Source: Candidatus Moraniibacteriota bacterium (GTDB lineage Bacteria > Patescibacteriota > Minisyncoccia > Moranbacterales > JAPLXC01). Taken from it: a stretch of 64,000 bases of DNA. Under the pieces are notes generated by a model. It was not told the origin of the DNA and searched no databases. It saw nothing but the letters and a program-made list of their open reading frames with translations. The position numbers and the translations under genes were made by a program. The stretch is taken from the NCBI GenBank assembly GCA_026396275.1, contig JAPLXC010000019.1, positions 355-64,354 on the forward strand, in the 5' to 3' direction. This document shows positions 19,637-28,949 of this stretch, piece after piece; position 1 is the stretch's first letter, and each line of letters begins with the position of its first letter.

Positions 19637-21346
19637 ATGAATATCAGGAAAAAAATCAAGATTAAATTTGCAGGAGTTTTATTTCTTGGCATAATTGCCG
19701 GGCTGATTTCGTATCCTCAAGCAATGAAATTCGCGCCGCCGTTTTATAATGCGCTTAATAAACTTAAGATAAATTTAGGCCTGGATCTTCAGGGCGGAAT
19801 ACATTTGGAATATAAAGCCGATGTTTCCAATGTTGAAAAAAGCAAAGTTAACGATGCTCTTCAGGGGGCGCAGGACGTGATTGAGCGACGCATTAATGCT
19901 TTTGGCGTCGGCGAACCGTTAGTGCAAACAGCGCAATCAGGAGGAGAACGTCGGATTGTTGTAGAACTGCCCGGAGTGAAAGACATTGAAGAGGCAAAAA
20001 AAAGAATAAAAGACACGCCTTTTTTGGAATTTAAAGAAGAGACCAGTCCCGAGGAATTGGCCAAAACCCAGGAATTATTCAATTCCTTGAATGAGCAGAC
20101 AAAAAAACAGGCAGAGGATATCCTTCAGCGCGCGCTGGCCAGTGAAAATCTTGAGGACTTGGCAAAGCAGTACAGTCAGGATCCCGGCTCTAAGGACCAG
20201 GGTGGTGATCTGGGTTTTGTGAAGAAAGGGATTTTTGTTCCTGAATTTAACAAAATTTTATTTGAAGAAAATTTAAAGCCGGGCGAAATTTACCCCAAGC
20301 TGGTTGAATCCCAATTCGGCTGGCATATTATTAAATTTATTGAATCGCGCGGGGAAGGGGATAATCTGGAGGTGCATAGCCAGCATATTCTTTTTGCCAA
20401 GCAGTCGGCGGAGATGGTTCCTGATTTGAAATATAAATCAACCGGGCTTTCAGGAAAAAATCTCAAAAGTGCCGCGGTGACCTTTACCAGCCAGGGCTTG
20501 AGTGAGCCGCAGGTTTCCCTGAAATTCGACGCAGAAGGGACAAAACTTTTCGCGGAACTTACTAAAAAAAATCTGGGGAAAACCATCGCTATTTATCTTG
20601 ATGGCACAGTTATTAGTGCCCCAGTGGTCCAGGCGGAAATCGCCAATGGTGAAGCTGTTATCACGGGAGATTTTTCCCAGGAGGAAGCAAAAGAATTGGC
20701 TCAACGTCTCAATGAAGGAGCGCTTCCGGTACCACTCACGTTAGTCGGCCAGCAAAGCGTGGAAGCGTCACTGGGAGCCGAATCTCTGAAAAAAAGTTTT
20801 GTGGCTGGCCTGGTGGGACTGGCGGCGGTGATGATCTTTATGATTTTTTATTACCGGTTCCTGGGAGTGGTGGCAGTGATAGCTCTTCTTATTTACACCT
20901 GCATAATGGTTTCCATCGTAAAATTATCCGGAACTTTCACTCCCTGGCCGATTACTCTTACCCTTTCCGGAATCGCCGGCTTTATTCTTTCCATCGGAAT
21001 GGCGGTTGATGCCAATATCCTGATATTTGAAAGAACTAAAGAAGAAATCCGAAGGGGGAGAGGCATTATGAACGCACTGGACGAAGGATTTAAGCGCGCC
21101 TGGACGTCCATCCGCGACGGCAATGTTTCTTCCATTATTACCTCTTTCATTTTAATTATGATGGGAACCGGCTTTGTTAAGGGATTCGCCGTGATGCTGA
21201 TTGTCGGAGTGCTGATTTCGATGTTCACGGCAGTGACGATTTCAAGAACGTTGCTTAGGGTTTTGGTGGGAGAGTGGATAATGGATAAGCTGTGGATGAT
21301 GGGGATTTCTGAAAAATCAAAAATCAAAAATCAAAATGAAAAATGA
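19637..21346 (+). CDS. secD: Protein translocase subunit SecD with an inserted parvulin-type PPIase domain
   Basis: [39 protein letters not shown]; insert [20 protein letters not shown]...SQFGWHII. Confidence 0.96.
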   Translation: MNIRKKIKIKFAGVLFLGIIAGLISYPQAMKFAPPFYNALNKLKINLGLDLQGGIHLEYKADVSNVEKSKVNDALQGAQDVIERRINAFGVGEPLVQTAQSGGERRIVVELPGVKDIEEAKKRIKDTPFLEFKEETSPEELAKTQELFNSLNEQTKKQAEDILQRALASENLEDLAKQYSQDPGSKDQGGDLGFVKKGIFVPEFNKILFEENLKPGEIYPKLVESQFGWHIIKFIESRGEGDNLEVHSQHILFAKQSAEMVPDLKYKSTGLSGKNLKSAAVTFTSQGLSEPQVSLKFDAEGTKLFAELTKKNLGKTIAIYLDGTVISAPVVQAEIANGEAVITGDFSQEEAKELAQRLNEGALPVPLTLVGQQSVEASLGAESLKKSFVAGLVGLAAVMIFMIFYYRFLGVVAVIALLIYTCIMVSIVKLSGTFTPWPITLTLSGIAGFILSIGMAVDANILIFERTKEEIRRGRGIMNALDEGFKRAWTSIRDGNVSSIITSFILIMMGTGFVKGFAVMLIVGVLISMFTAVTISRTLLRVLVGEWIMDKLWMMGISEKSKIKNQNEK

Positions 21347-21412
21347 CAAGGTAAAAATGATAATCGCAGTGCGATACAATAATTTTGATATTTGATTTTT
21401 TATTTTTGATAT
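21312..21412. repeat. Bipartite heptamer inverted repeat (AAAATCA / TTTTGAT)
   Basis: aaaaatcaaaaatcaaaaatcaaaatg...ttttgatatttgattttttatttttgat; overlaps the secD stop. Confidence 0.8.
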
Positions 21413-22171
21413 ATGTTTGATATTATCTCTAAAATAAAATACGCCTACATATTCTCTGGAATACTAACAATCTTGAGCATACTTAGTTTGTTCGTTTGGG
21501 GATTGAATTTCGGCATTGATTTTAAAGGCGGAACGTTGATGGAAGTTCAGTTCAGCGCAGCTGCTCCGGGGGTCTCGGAAATTCAGGAGAAACTTAAAGA
21601 GGTACAAGTTCAGGATCTCACTATCCAGCCTAGCCAGGTAAGTTCCGTGATTTTGCGCTATTTGGCTTCAGACGAGACGCACAACGAACAAGTGCTTGAG
21701 AAACTGCGCGAATTTGATCCCGGCGCCAAACAGCTGAAAGTTGACTTCATCGGTGCTTCTGTTTCCGATCAGATCAAAAAGAACGCTATTTGGGCGATTC
21801 TGCTGGCAGTGGTGGGGATTGCGCTCTATATTGCTTGGGCTTTTCGCAAGGTCTCGCGGCCTGTTTCTTCCTGGCAATATGGGATAAACGCGGTTATCGC
21901 GCTTATTCACGACATCTTGATTACTTCTGGTGTTTTTTCAGTGCTGGGGCATTTTTTCCAAGTGGAGATCGGCGTTCCTTTTATAGCGGCGCTGCATACA
22001 TCTCTTACAGTCATTATTACGCTTCTGGCAATTTATATTTTTGGCGGGGAGTCAGTCAAATTATTTTCCCTCGCGCTTTTGATCGGGATAACTTTCGGAA
22101 CCTATTCTTCAATTTTTATCGCCTCGGCATTATTGGTTACCAGTTATAATCTAAAAGTTAAAACCCGTTAA
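21413..22171 (+). CDS. secF: Protein translocase subunit SecF with an apparent internal in-frame deletion
   Basis: GIDFKGGT, ALIHD, GTYSSIFIA present. FIAAL is joined directly to HTSLT, so the GYSxNDTIVxFDRxRE segment is absent. Confidence 0.9.
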   Translation: MFDIISKIKYAYIFSGILTILSILSLFVWGLNFGIDFKGGTLMEVQFSAAAPGVSEIQEKLKEVQVQDLTIQPSQVSSVILRYLASDETHNEQVLEKLREFDPGAKQLKVDFIGASVSDQIKKNAIWAILLAVVGIALYIAWAFRKVSRPVSSWQYGINAVIALIHDILITSGVFSVLGHFFQVEIGVPFIAALHTSLTVIITLLAIYIFGGESVKLFSLALLIGITFGTYSSIFIASALLVTSYNLKVKTR

Positions 22172-22212
22172 CTCGCGAACTCGTTAACCGGACAATAAAT
22201 AACCAGATAGCA

Positions 22213-22464
22213 ATGTGGAATCCGTTAAAAAAATTTAAAAAATCAGATGATCCTAATAAAATGGGAATATTACAGCGTTTGGCAATGAAAAGAGTGATGT
22301 CGATGAGTGAAGAAGAAAGAAAAAAGTTGGCGGAAAAGGCAATGTCGCCGGAAAACATCACCAAAAACAAGGATAAAATTCTGGAAGTATTAGAACAGAT
22401 GAAAGCTAGCGGACAACTTACTGAAGAACAAGTGGAAGAGGCTAAAAGGAAATTAAACCTTTAA
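22213..22464 (+). CDS. Small helical hypothetical protein
   Basis: ORF with host-like composition, followed by a terminator-like hairpin. Confidence 0.75.
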   Translation: MWNPLKKFKKSDDPNKMGILQRLAMKRVMSMSEEERKKLAEKAMSPENITKNKDKILEVLEQMKASGQLTEEQVEEAKRKLNL

Positions 22465-22490
22465 ATCAATTCGTATTCTTTAAGAAAGCA

Positions 22491-22518
22491 AAAAGGCAGA
22501 AAATATCTGCCTCTTTTT
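22491..22518. terminator. Terminator-like hairpin
   Basis: AAAAGGCAGA-AAATA-TCTGCCTCTTTT. Confidence 0.6.
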
Positions 22519-22556
22519 ATGCCATTCGGAAAGAAAGAACTACCTCCATTTGGAGG

Positions 22557-22624
22557 TGAAGCGGGAGGGAGGATTCGAACCTCCCCCCAGAAGTGGTCCC
22601 CCTAGGCTCCCAAGGAACTCCCGC
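22557..22624 (-). ncRNA. tRNA-like small RNA or pseudo-tRNA (64 nt plus TTCA)
   Basis: Perfect acceptor stem GCGGGAG/CTCCCGC and T arm GGAGG-TTCGAAT-CCTCC; no canonical D or anticodon arm. Confidence 0.6.
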
Positions 22625-22790
22625 ACATTGATTTTAGCTTTCTTAATTTAATTATATTGCGTCTGCCTGAAAGTGCAATACACCTTTTCTTTTTCGGAAA
22701 AATGCACTAAAATAGGAAAGAAAGGGCATTTAGCTCCCCGTACATCCCGCTTGAGCGGGAAACGGGGCAAATAGCTGGCTGCTAATAAAT

Positions 22791-22805
22791 GGGCACATAG
22801 CTCAG
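22791..22805 (+). repeat. Duplicate of the tRNA-Val 5' end
   Basis: GGGCACATAGCTCAG identical to 22824-22838. Confidence 0.9.
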
Positions 22806-22823
22806 CCTTGCCCCGCACCATTT

Positions 22824-22897
22824 GGGCACATAGCTCAGTTGGTTAGAGCGCTGCATTCACATTGCAGAGGTCACTGGTTCGAGTCCAGTTGTGCCCA
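22824..22897 (+). tRNA. tRNA-Val (anticodon CAC); CCA not encoded
   Basis: Cloverleaf: GGGCACA/TGTGCCC acceptor, GCTC/GAGC D arm, CTGCA-TTCACAT-TGCAG anticodon arm, ACTGG-TTCGAGT-CCAGT T arm. Confidence 0.97.
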
Positions 22898-22935
22898 CAA
22901 TTGCAAAAAATAAACCGTGCTGATACTATAAGGTT

Positions 22936-24159
22936 ATGGACAAAGATTTTGAGTCAAAAGTTGAAGAAATTCTAACTCGCGGAGTAAGCGAGGTGATTGA
23001 CCGCGAACATCTTAAAAAGTGTCTTTTAAAAGGGGAAAAATTAAGAATAAAACACGGTGTTGATCCAACAACTCCCGATTTACATTTGGGATATGCAGTA
23101 GTTTATCGGAAATTAAAGCAACTTCAGGATTTGGGCCACCAGATAGTTTTTTTAATTGGCGATTTTACCGGCCGTTTTGGCGATCCGACGGACAGAGAAA
23201 AAATAAGGGAGATGAAAAAGAAAGAAGATGTAAAAGAACTTGCGAAAAATTACATTAATCAATTGGGAAAAATTTTGGATATTAAAAAAGTTGAAGTACG
23301 CCATAACGGTGAATGGTACGATAAAATGTCGGCCGAAGAACTGCTTAAATTAATGTCGAAATTTACTACCAGAAGGATGCTTGAGCGTGATATGTTTAAA
23401 GAAAGAGATAGAAAAGGATTAGAAATTGGACTGCACGAGCCAGTATATCCAGTTCTTCAAGGATATGATTCGGTGATGCTCAAATCCGACCTCACGGTCA
23501 TCGGTAGCGATCAAAAATTTAATGAACTTCAAGGAAGAAAAATTCAGGAAATTTATGGTCAGGAACCGCAAGATATTATTATCATGCCTGTTTTAGCTGG
23601 CACCGACGGCAAGCAAAAAATGAGCCAGAGTTTGGGAAATTATATCGGCCTTACTGAAGACTCTGATCAAATGTTTGGAAAAATTATGTCTATTCCTGAC
23701 ACTTCAATAACAAATTATTACGAACTTTGTACAGATGTTCCAATGGAAAGCATAAAAAAGATTGAAAAAGATATGAAATCGGGCAAATTAAATCCGCGCG
23801 ACGCGAAGCTTGATCTGGCGCAGGAAATTGTGAAAATTTATCACGGAGAAGATAATGCCAAAAAAGCAAGGGAATATTTCATTAAGACATTTTCAGAGCG
23901 TAAAACGCCGGAAAATATTCCAGAACAAGTTATAGAATGGGTTGAGGCTTACAATGCGCATCAAAACGTTATGGATTTTATGGTTTCAGCCAAACTTGCA
24001 ACCAGCAGAAGCGACGCAAGAAGAAAAATTGAACAGGGCGGCGTATCAATTGATGGAAAAAAAGTTATTGCAGGAGAATTAATTTTAACACCGGAAATAT
24101 ATGATGGCAAAGTGGTGAAAGTTGGAAAAATACATTTTGTAAAAATAAAATTCAAATAA
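22936..24159 (+). CDS. tyrS: Tyrosine--tRNA ligase
   Basis: GVDPTTPDLHLG, YPVLQGYD, GSDQKFN, KMSQS, C-terminal S4 domain. Confidence 0.97.
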   Translation: MDKDFESKVEEILTRGVSEVIDREHLKKCLLKGEKLRIKHGVDPTTPDLHLGYAVVYRKLKQLQDLGHQIVFLIGDFTGRFGDPTDREKIREMKKKEDVKELAKNYINQLGKILDIKKVEVRHNGEWYDKMSAEELLKLMSKFTTRRMLERDMFKERDRKGLEIGLHEPVYPVLQGYDSVMLKSDLTVIGSDQKFNELQGRKIQEIYGQEPQDIIIMPVLAGTDGKQKMSQSLGNYIGLTEDSDQMFGKIMSIPDTSITNYYELCTDVPMESIKKIEKDMKSGKLNPRDAKLDLAQEIVKIYHGEDNAKKAREYFIKTFSERKTPENIPEQVIEWVEAYNAHQNVMDFMVSAKLATSRSDARRKIEQGGVSIDGKKVIAGELILTPEIYDGKVVKVGKIHFVKIKFK

Positions 24160-25188
24160 ATGCTGGAGCAGAAAATTTTAAATATCAAAACGCAGGCATT
24201 TCAGGATACGAAAGACGCCAAAACGGGAGCGGATGTTTTGAATTTGCGCGTGAAATATTTAGGGCGAAAAAGCGAATTCAACAAGATTTTGAAAGGCCTC
24301 AAGGACTTGTCCGCTGCGGAAAAAAAGTTGATCGGGCCGCTGGCTAATTCAGCAAAAAAAGAAATAGAACAGGAGCTTCAAAGAGCCGAAAAAGCGATCA
24401 AGGCGAAGAGTTTTGACGCGAAAAAAGAGAAAATTGACGTGACCATACCAGGAAGAAGAGTTAAGCGCGGCCATCTTCATCCACTCACTAAAATCCAAAA
24501 TGAGATAGAAGACATTTTTGCTTCGATGGGATTTGAAATTGCCGACGGGCCGGAAGTGGAAACGGAATGGTATAATTTTGACGCTCTTAATATTCCCGCT
24601 GATCATCCGGCAAGAGACGCGTGGGATACGTTTTTTATCAAAAATAAAAATGAAGGAAAATTATTATTGCGGACGCATACATCGCCCGTTCAGATACGAT
24701 ACATGCAGACGCATAAGCCGCCATTTCGCATTATCGTACCGGGAAAGTGTTTTCGCCATGAAGCGACTGACGCGGCTCACGAGCATACTTTTTATCAATT
24801 TGAAGCGCTGATGGTAGGCGATGATATTAGCGTTGCTCACTTAAAACACATTGCCCAGCAGTTTTTTTCCCGATTTTTCAAGAAGGAGGTAAAAATTCGG
24901 CTGCGCCCCAGTTTTTTTCCTTTCACCGAACCCAGCTTTGAATTTGATTTGAGCTGCACGGTCTGCTCCGGCAAGGGTTGTCCATCGTGCAAAGGCGGAG
25001 GATGGCTGGAAATGGGCGGAGCCGGAATGGTCAATCAAGCCGTTTTCGTCGCAGCAGGTTATCCGCGCAACCGCTACCAGGGATTGGCCTGGGGATTTGG
25101 CCTGGAGCGTTTGGCGATGATGAGATGGAAGATTGATGATATCCGGCTGTTTCATAGCGGGGATTTAAGGTTTATTAAGCAGTTCTAG
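24160..25188 (+). CDS. pheS: Phenylalanine--tRNA ligase alpha subunit
   Basis: GHLHP, NFDALNIPADHPARD, LRTHTS, FPFTEPS, GFGLERLAM. Confidence 0.98.
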   Translation: MLEQKILNIKTQAFQDTKDAKTGADVLNLRVKYLGRKSEFNKILKGLKDLSAAEKKLIGPLANSAKKEIEQELQRAEKAIKAKSFDAKKEKIDVTIPGRRVKRGHLHPLTKIQNEIEDIFASMGFEIADGPEVETEWYNFDALNIPADHPARDAWDTFFIKNKNEGKLLLRTHTSPVQIRYMQTHKPPFRIIVPGKCFRHEATDAAHEHTFYQFEALMVGDDISVAHLKHIAQQFFSRFFKKEVKIRLRPSFFPFTEPSFEFDLSCTVCSGKGCPSCKGGGWLEMGGAGMVNQAVFVAAGYPRNRYQGLAWGFGLERLAMMRWKIDDIRLFHSGDLRFIKQF

Positions 25189-25194
25189 TAATCT

Positions 25195-25274
25195 TTACAA
25201 ATTACTAATTTAATACGAATATACTAATCATTTCTTAAAAATTCGTATATTAGTAAATAATTCGTAATTAGTAA
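25195..25274. repeat. TACGAAT/ATTAGTA bipartite element, copy 2
   Basis: ttacaaattactaatttaatacgaatatactaat...attcgtatattagtaaataattcgtaattagtaa. Confidence 0.88.
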
Positions 25275-25283
25275 AGAATTGTC

Positions 25284-27359
25284 ATGAAATTTTCATATAA
25301 TTGGTTGAAAGAATTAAGCGGAACGAAAAAGTCGCCAAAAGAATTGGCGGAGCTTTTGACAATGCGTTCATTTGAGGTTGAAGGAATTGAAAAAGCAAAA
25401 AGCGATAATGTTTTGGATATTAAAATACTGGCTGATCGGGGACATGATTGTTTAAGTCATATAGGAATTGCCAGGGAAATTACAGCACTCGAAGGAAAAA
25501 AATTTGTCTTACATTACGGAAAATCAAAAATCAAAAATCAAAAATCAAAAATTGTTAAGATAGATATTCAAGACAAGAAATTATGTCCTCGCTATATCGG
25601 CGCGGTAATGACGAATATAAAAATAGGGCCGTCGCCAAAATGGATGCAGGAACGATTAATTACTGGAGGATTAAGGCCGATAAACAATATAGTTGACGCA
25701 ACCAATTATGTAATGCTGGAAACGGGACAGCCACTGCACGCATTCGATGCGGACAAAATCAAAGATCAAAAATCAAAAATCAAAATTATAATAAGGAAAG
25801 CGAAAAAAGGGGAGAAAATTAAATTGTTGGATGAAACGGAAAAAGTTTTAGCAGACGATGATCTAGTAATTGCTGATTCTCAAAAAGCCCTGGCTATTGC
25901 CGGGATTAAGGGCGGGGTGGAGGCGGAAATTGGCGAGAACACCCAAACGATCGTGCTGGAAGCGGCAAATTTCAATCCGACGGCCATTCGCAAAAGCCGG
26001 ATTCGTCTGGGACTAAAAACCGATGCCTCCGACCGGTTTGAAAAAGAAATTGATCCCAATCTTGCGGAAATCGCAATGGCAAGAGTTGTCTGGATAATTG
26101 AGGAATTTGGCGGAAAAACGGAAGGAATGTTTGATGTTTATCCTTCCAAGGTGAATTCTTGGAAAATCAAGTTGGACCTGAATTATGTTAATAAACTTCT
26201 TGGAGAAAATATACCAGTCAAGGCGGTTACAAAAATATTAAAATCGCTCGGATTGCTGGTTACTGGTTACGGATCACAAGTTACGGTTACGGTTCCGACG
26301 TTCAGGATTGATTTAAAAACCCAGGAAGATCTGGTTGAAGAAATCGGAAGAATTTACGGATATGAGAAAATTAAGCCGCAAGCCCCTCACGCTCCGATTC
26401 AGGCGGCGGAGGTGAACGAGCAAAGGTTATTTGAGAGGGAGGTCAAAAATATTCTTGCGGGCAAAGGATTTTCGGAAGTGTATAATTATTCCTTCTACAG
26501 CGCGCGCGACGCGGGACTGGCCGGGCTGGGAGCGATCGAGCATCTGGAACTGGAAAATCCGATGAATCCCGATCAAGCGTTGATGCGGGTGAGCTTGATT
26601 CCTGGAATTTTGAAAAATATTAATCATAATCTGAAATATTTTGACGATTTTCGAATTTTTGAAATTGGGCGCGTATATTGGACAAATAAAACAATATTAC
26701 CTGAAGAAAAAAATATGCTGGCGGGAGCGATTGTTATGGAAGAAAGCAGCAAGAAGGAAGCATTAAGCGGAGTTGAAAAAGCAAAAGGATTTTATGAATT
26801 AAAAAGTTATGCAGATGTATTGCTAAGCAGGATAGGAATTGATGATTATTATTTTGACACTTTTGACGCGGTGCCAAATGATTCATTTTCAACGCTCTGG
26901 CACGAGGGAAGGACAGCGGAAATAAAAATAGAAGGTCATGAAAAAGCCATTGGATTTTTGGGAGAAATAAATCCTTTTTTACTGGCCAATTTTGATATTC
27001 ACAAAAGAGTGGCGTGTTTCGAATTTGATCTGGAAAAGTTGCAGGAAATATCCCAGTCGGAAAGAGAATATCAGCCGGTCAGGAAATATCCGGAAGTTAT
27101 CCGCGATATATCCATGATCGCCCGGAGCAATGTACTGGTAGACGAAATTCTAGCTGCTATTCAAAAAGCTGGAGGAAATTTAGTTCTAGATGTTGACCTC
27201 TTTGACATTTTCGATTTTGCCGACAGCACATCCAGCTACGCTTTTCACATTATCTTCGGTGCGGAAAACCGGACGCTCAAAAGCGGGGAAGTGGATGAAT
27301 TGATGAAAAAAATAAGTTCTGTGCTGGAAAAAGATTTAAAGGTTAAGGTAAGGAAATAA
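25284..27359 (+). CDS. pheT: Phenylalanine--tRNA ligase beta subunit (lacks the B2 OB domain)
   Basis: MKFSYNWL, DCLSHIGIARE, NNIVDATNYVMLETGQPLHAFD, EDLVEEIGRIYGY, C-terminal FDX-ACB domain. Confidence 0.97.
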   Translation: MKFSYNWLKELSGTKKSPKELAELLTMRSFEVEGIEKAKSDNVLDIKILADRGHDCLSHIGIAREITALEGKKFVLHYGKSKIKNQKSKIVKIDIQDKKLCPRYIGAVMTNIKIGPSPKWMQERLITGGLRPINNIVDATNYVMLETGQPLHAFDADKIKDQKSKIKIIIRKAKKGEKIKLLDETEKVLADDDLVIADSQKALAIAGIKGGVEAEIGENTQTIVLEAANFNPTAIRKSRIRLGLKTDASDRFEKEIDPNLAEIAMARVVWIIEEFGGKTEGMFDVYPSKVNSWKIKLDLNYVNKLLGENIPVKAVTKILKSLGLLVTGYGSQVTVTVPTFRIDLKTQEDLVEEIGRIYGYEKIKPQAPHAPIQAAEVNEQRLFEREVKNILAGKGFSEVYNYSFYSARDAGLAGLGAIEHLELENPMNPDQALMRVSLIPGILKNINHNLKYFDDFRIFEIGRVYWTNKTILPEEKNMLAGAIVMEESSKKEALSGVEKAKGFYELKSYADVLLSRIGIDDYYFDTFDAVPNDSFSTLWHEGRTAEIKIEGHEKAIGFLGEINPFLLANFDIHKRVACFEFDLEKLQEISQSEREYQPVRKYPEVIRDISMIARSNVLVDEILAAIQKAGGNLVLDVDLFDIFDFADSTSSYAFHIIFGAENRTLKSGEVDELMKKISSVLEKDLKVKVRK

Positions 27360-27451
27360 GTTTTATCACTTCCATATAAGGTATAAAGTTGTAATTACTA
27401 TGTTATAAAAATAGAGGCCTGCTGCTCTATGAGCAACAGGCCTATTTAATT

Positions 27452-27476
27452 TCTATCGAAGTCGGACTTCGATAGA
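27452..27476. repeat. GAAGTCnGACTTC palindrome
   Basis: TCTATCGAAGTC-G-GACTTCGATAGA; related CCGAAGCAGAACTTCGG near 42205. Confidence 0.75.
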
Positions 27477-27477
27477 T

Positions 27478-27795
27478 TTACTCTAAAAAAGCTCTTGTGA
27501 CATCTGATGGGCTATTGAACTTTTTATAATCAACCTCAAATTTAATTTCATCTTCCTGTAAAATAGATGCCACAAAATCTGCTAACTGTCTGCACCAAAT
27601 CTCCTTTCCCTTTACCCCTATTATGTAGGAGTTTGCTGGTGCAGTATCCTGTTCAGTTAAGATATATGAGTTCTTCTTTCTTTTATCCTTTCTAACCGAG
27701 TATCCTCCGGTTCCCAAAGGATAGAAACTCTTATCCTGATCCTCAATGAGTTTTTTTAATACTTCTTCATTTGTATTGGTCTTGAAAATTGTCAT
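27478..27795 (-). CDS. Hypothetical protein (likely original start 27828, interrupted by an in-frame TAG)
   Basis: 105-aa ORF downstream of the pyrD-like gene. The SD-preceded ATG at 27828 is in frame, but codon 7 is TAG. Confidence 0.6.
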   Translation of the reverse strand: MTIFKTNTNEEVLKKLIEDQDKSFYPLGTGGYSVRKDKRKKNSYILTEQDTAPANSYIIGVKGKEIWCRQLADFVASILQEDEIKFEVDYKKFNSPSDVTRAFLE

Positions 27796-27824
27796 TGTAA
27801 TTTCTTGCTACGCGGTAATTGTTT

Positions 27825-28781
27825 TCATCTTTCACCTCCAAATTGTTTATTGGCTTCTTTTTTTGTTCCCTTTAACCTCCAAGGACGGACTATTTTTACC
27901 GCTCCAACAGCAATCGCACTGGCTCCGGCTTCTTTCATAAGTCGCACGTCACCTCTTTTGTAAATACTCCCGGCAATTATCGGAAGTTCAATATCCGCCT
28001 TTCTTGCTCTCCAAATCCATTCAGCTGTTAGCTGTGTTTGCCAGGGTCCAGAATAGCCACCGCCCCCGTAATTATGAAGGGGTGATATTCCATTCTTGAA
28101 TAATTTTTTTCTGAATTTTTCCGGAAGTTCGTAAAATGGATAGGTATTGGGTATGGAAAAAGCATCGCAAAATCCTGAATGAGCAAGCTTGACTGCCAAA
28201 AAAATGGGAATAAGAAGATTGAATTTTGCAATCAGCGGAACTCCTAAACCGTCCATTATTTCGAAGTGGAGCAAAGATTCTTTCGCAAGTTTTCGGGTGT
28301 CGTGACCAACGTTAGGACAACTTTCATTTATCTCAACAGCAATTTTAGCTTTAAGATCAGGAATTAACCTTTTAAGATGGGTTTTTATTCCTTTCATTTC
28401 TTCAATCCTTTGTTCCAAACTTTTCCCGATAACCATGACGGATATTACAAAGTTTTTAGTCATTTGCTGCCAAATGTTCCTGCTGATAAGATCATCAAGA
28501 CCGGTATTAGTAAGTTCAACAGCATTGAGAACAAAAGACCTTAAAAAATCCACATAAATGCAGTCCGGAAGTTTATCGAGTGGTTGCAATGTTTCCTTAT
28601 TGATTGGCATATTGCCGATTGTTTCTAGAAGCGTTGCGGTTTTTGAGATGTGCGTTATCCCATCCATTGTATAACCGGGAATGAACTTAAAATATTTGTC
28701 GTACGGCCAACCATCTTTGAAAAAATTCATACTTCCCGATGCTCCGAAAATATTTCCAAATTCAACTCCTCTCAGTTTCAT
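27825..28781 (-). CDS. Dihydroorotate dehydrogenase-like FMN TIM-barrel protein
   Basis: M.LRGVEF.N...ASG, SKT, GN, LNAVELTNTG, EINESCPN (catalytic Cys loop), GGYSG, AGASAIAVG; SD GGAGG. Confidence 0.85.
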   Translation of the reverse strand: MKLRGVEFGNIFGASGSMNFFKDGWPYDKYFKFIPGYTMDGITHISKTATLLETIGNMPINKETLQPLDKLPDCIYVDFLRSFVLNAVELTNTGLDDLISRNIWQQMTKNFVISVMVIGKSLEQRIEEMKGIKTHLKRLIPDLKAKIAVEINESCPNVGHDTRKLAKESLLHFEIMDGLGVPLIAKFNLLIPIFLAVKLAHSGFCDAFSIPNTYPFYELPEKFRKKLFKNGISPLHNYGGGGYSGPWQTQLTAEWIWRARKADIELPIIAGSIYKRGDVRLMKEAGASAIAVGAVKIVRPWRLKGTKKEANKQFGGER

Positions 28782-28949
28782 AAATTCCTCCTATAATTTA
28801 TGGTTTTATATCCAATTTTTATTCACTTTTTAAAAAACTGCCTAATTTCTTATAGCACAACCTTCATTTCTTGTCACTCTTGACAAAAATAGGTAATATG
28901 TGCTAATCTATGCTGTTACATATTCAGTAAATTTTTAGCTCAAAATTTA

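Noticed and set aside
22557-22624. tmRNA or selenocysteine tRNA
   Set aside because: Too short, no tag ORF, no G3-U70 alanine identity, no UCA anticodon arm; kept only as a tRNA-like RNA.
25284-27359. PheT without B2 and AlaS without C-Ala as pseudogenes or novelties
   Set aside because: Reading frames and catalytic motifs are intact, and such shortened forms are known in reduced genomes.
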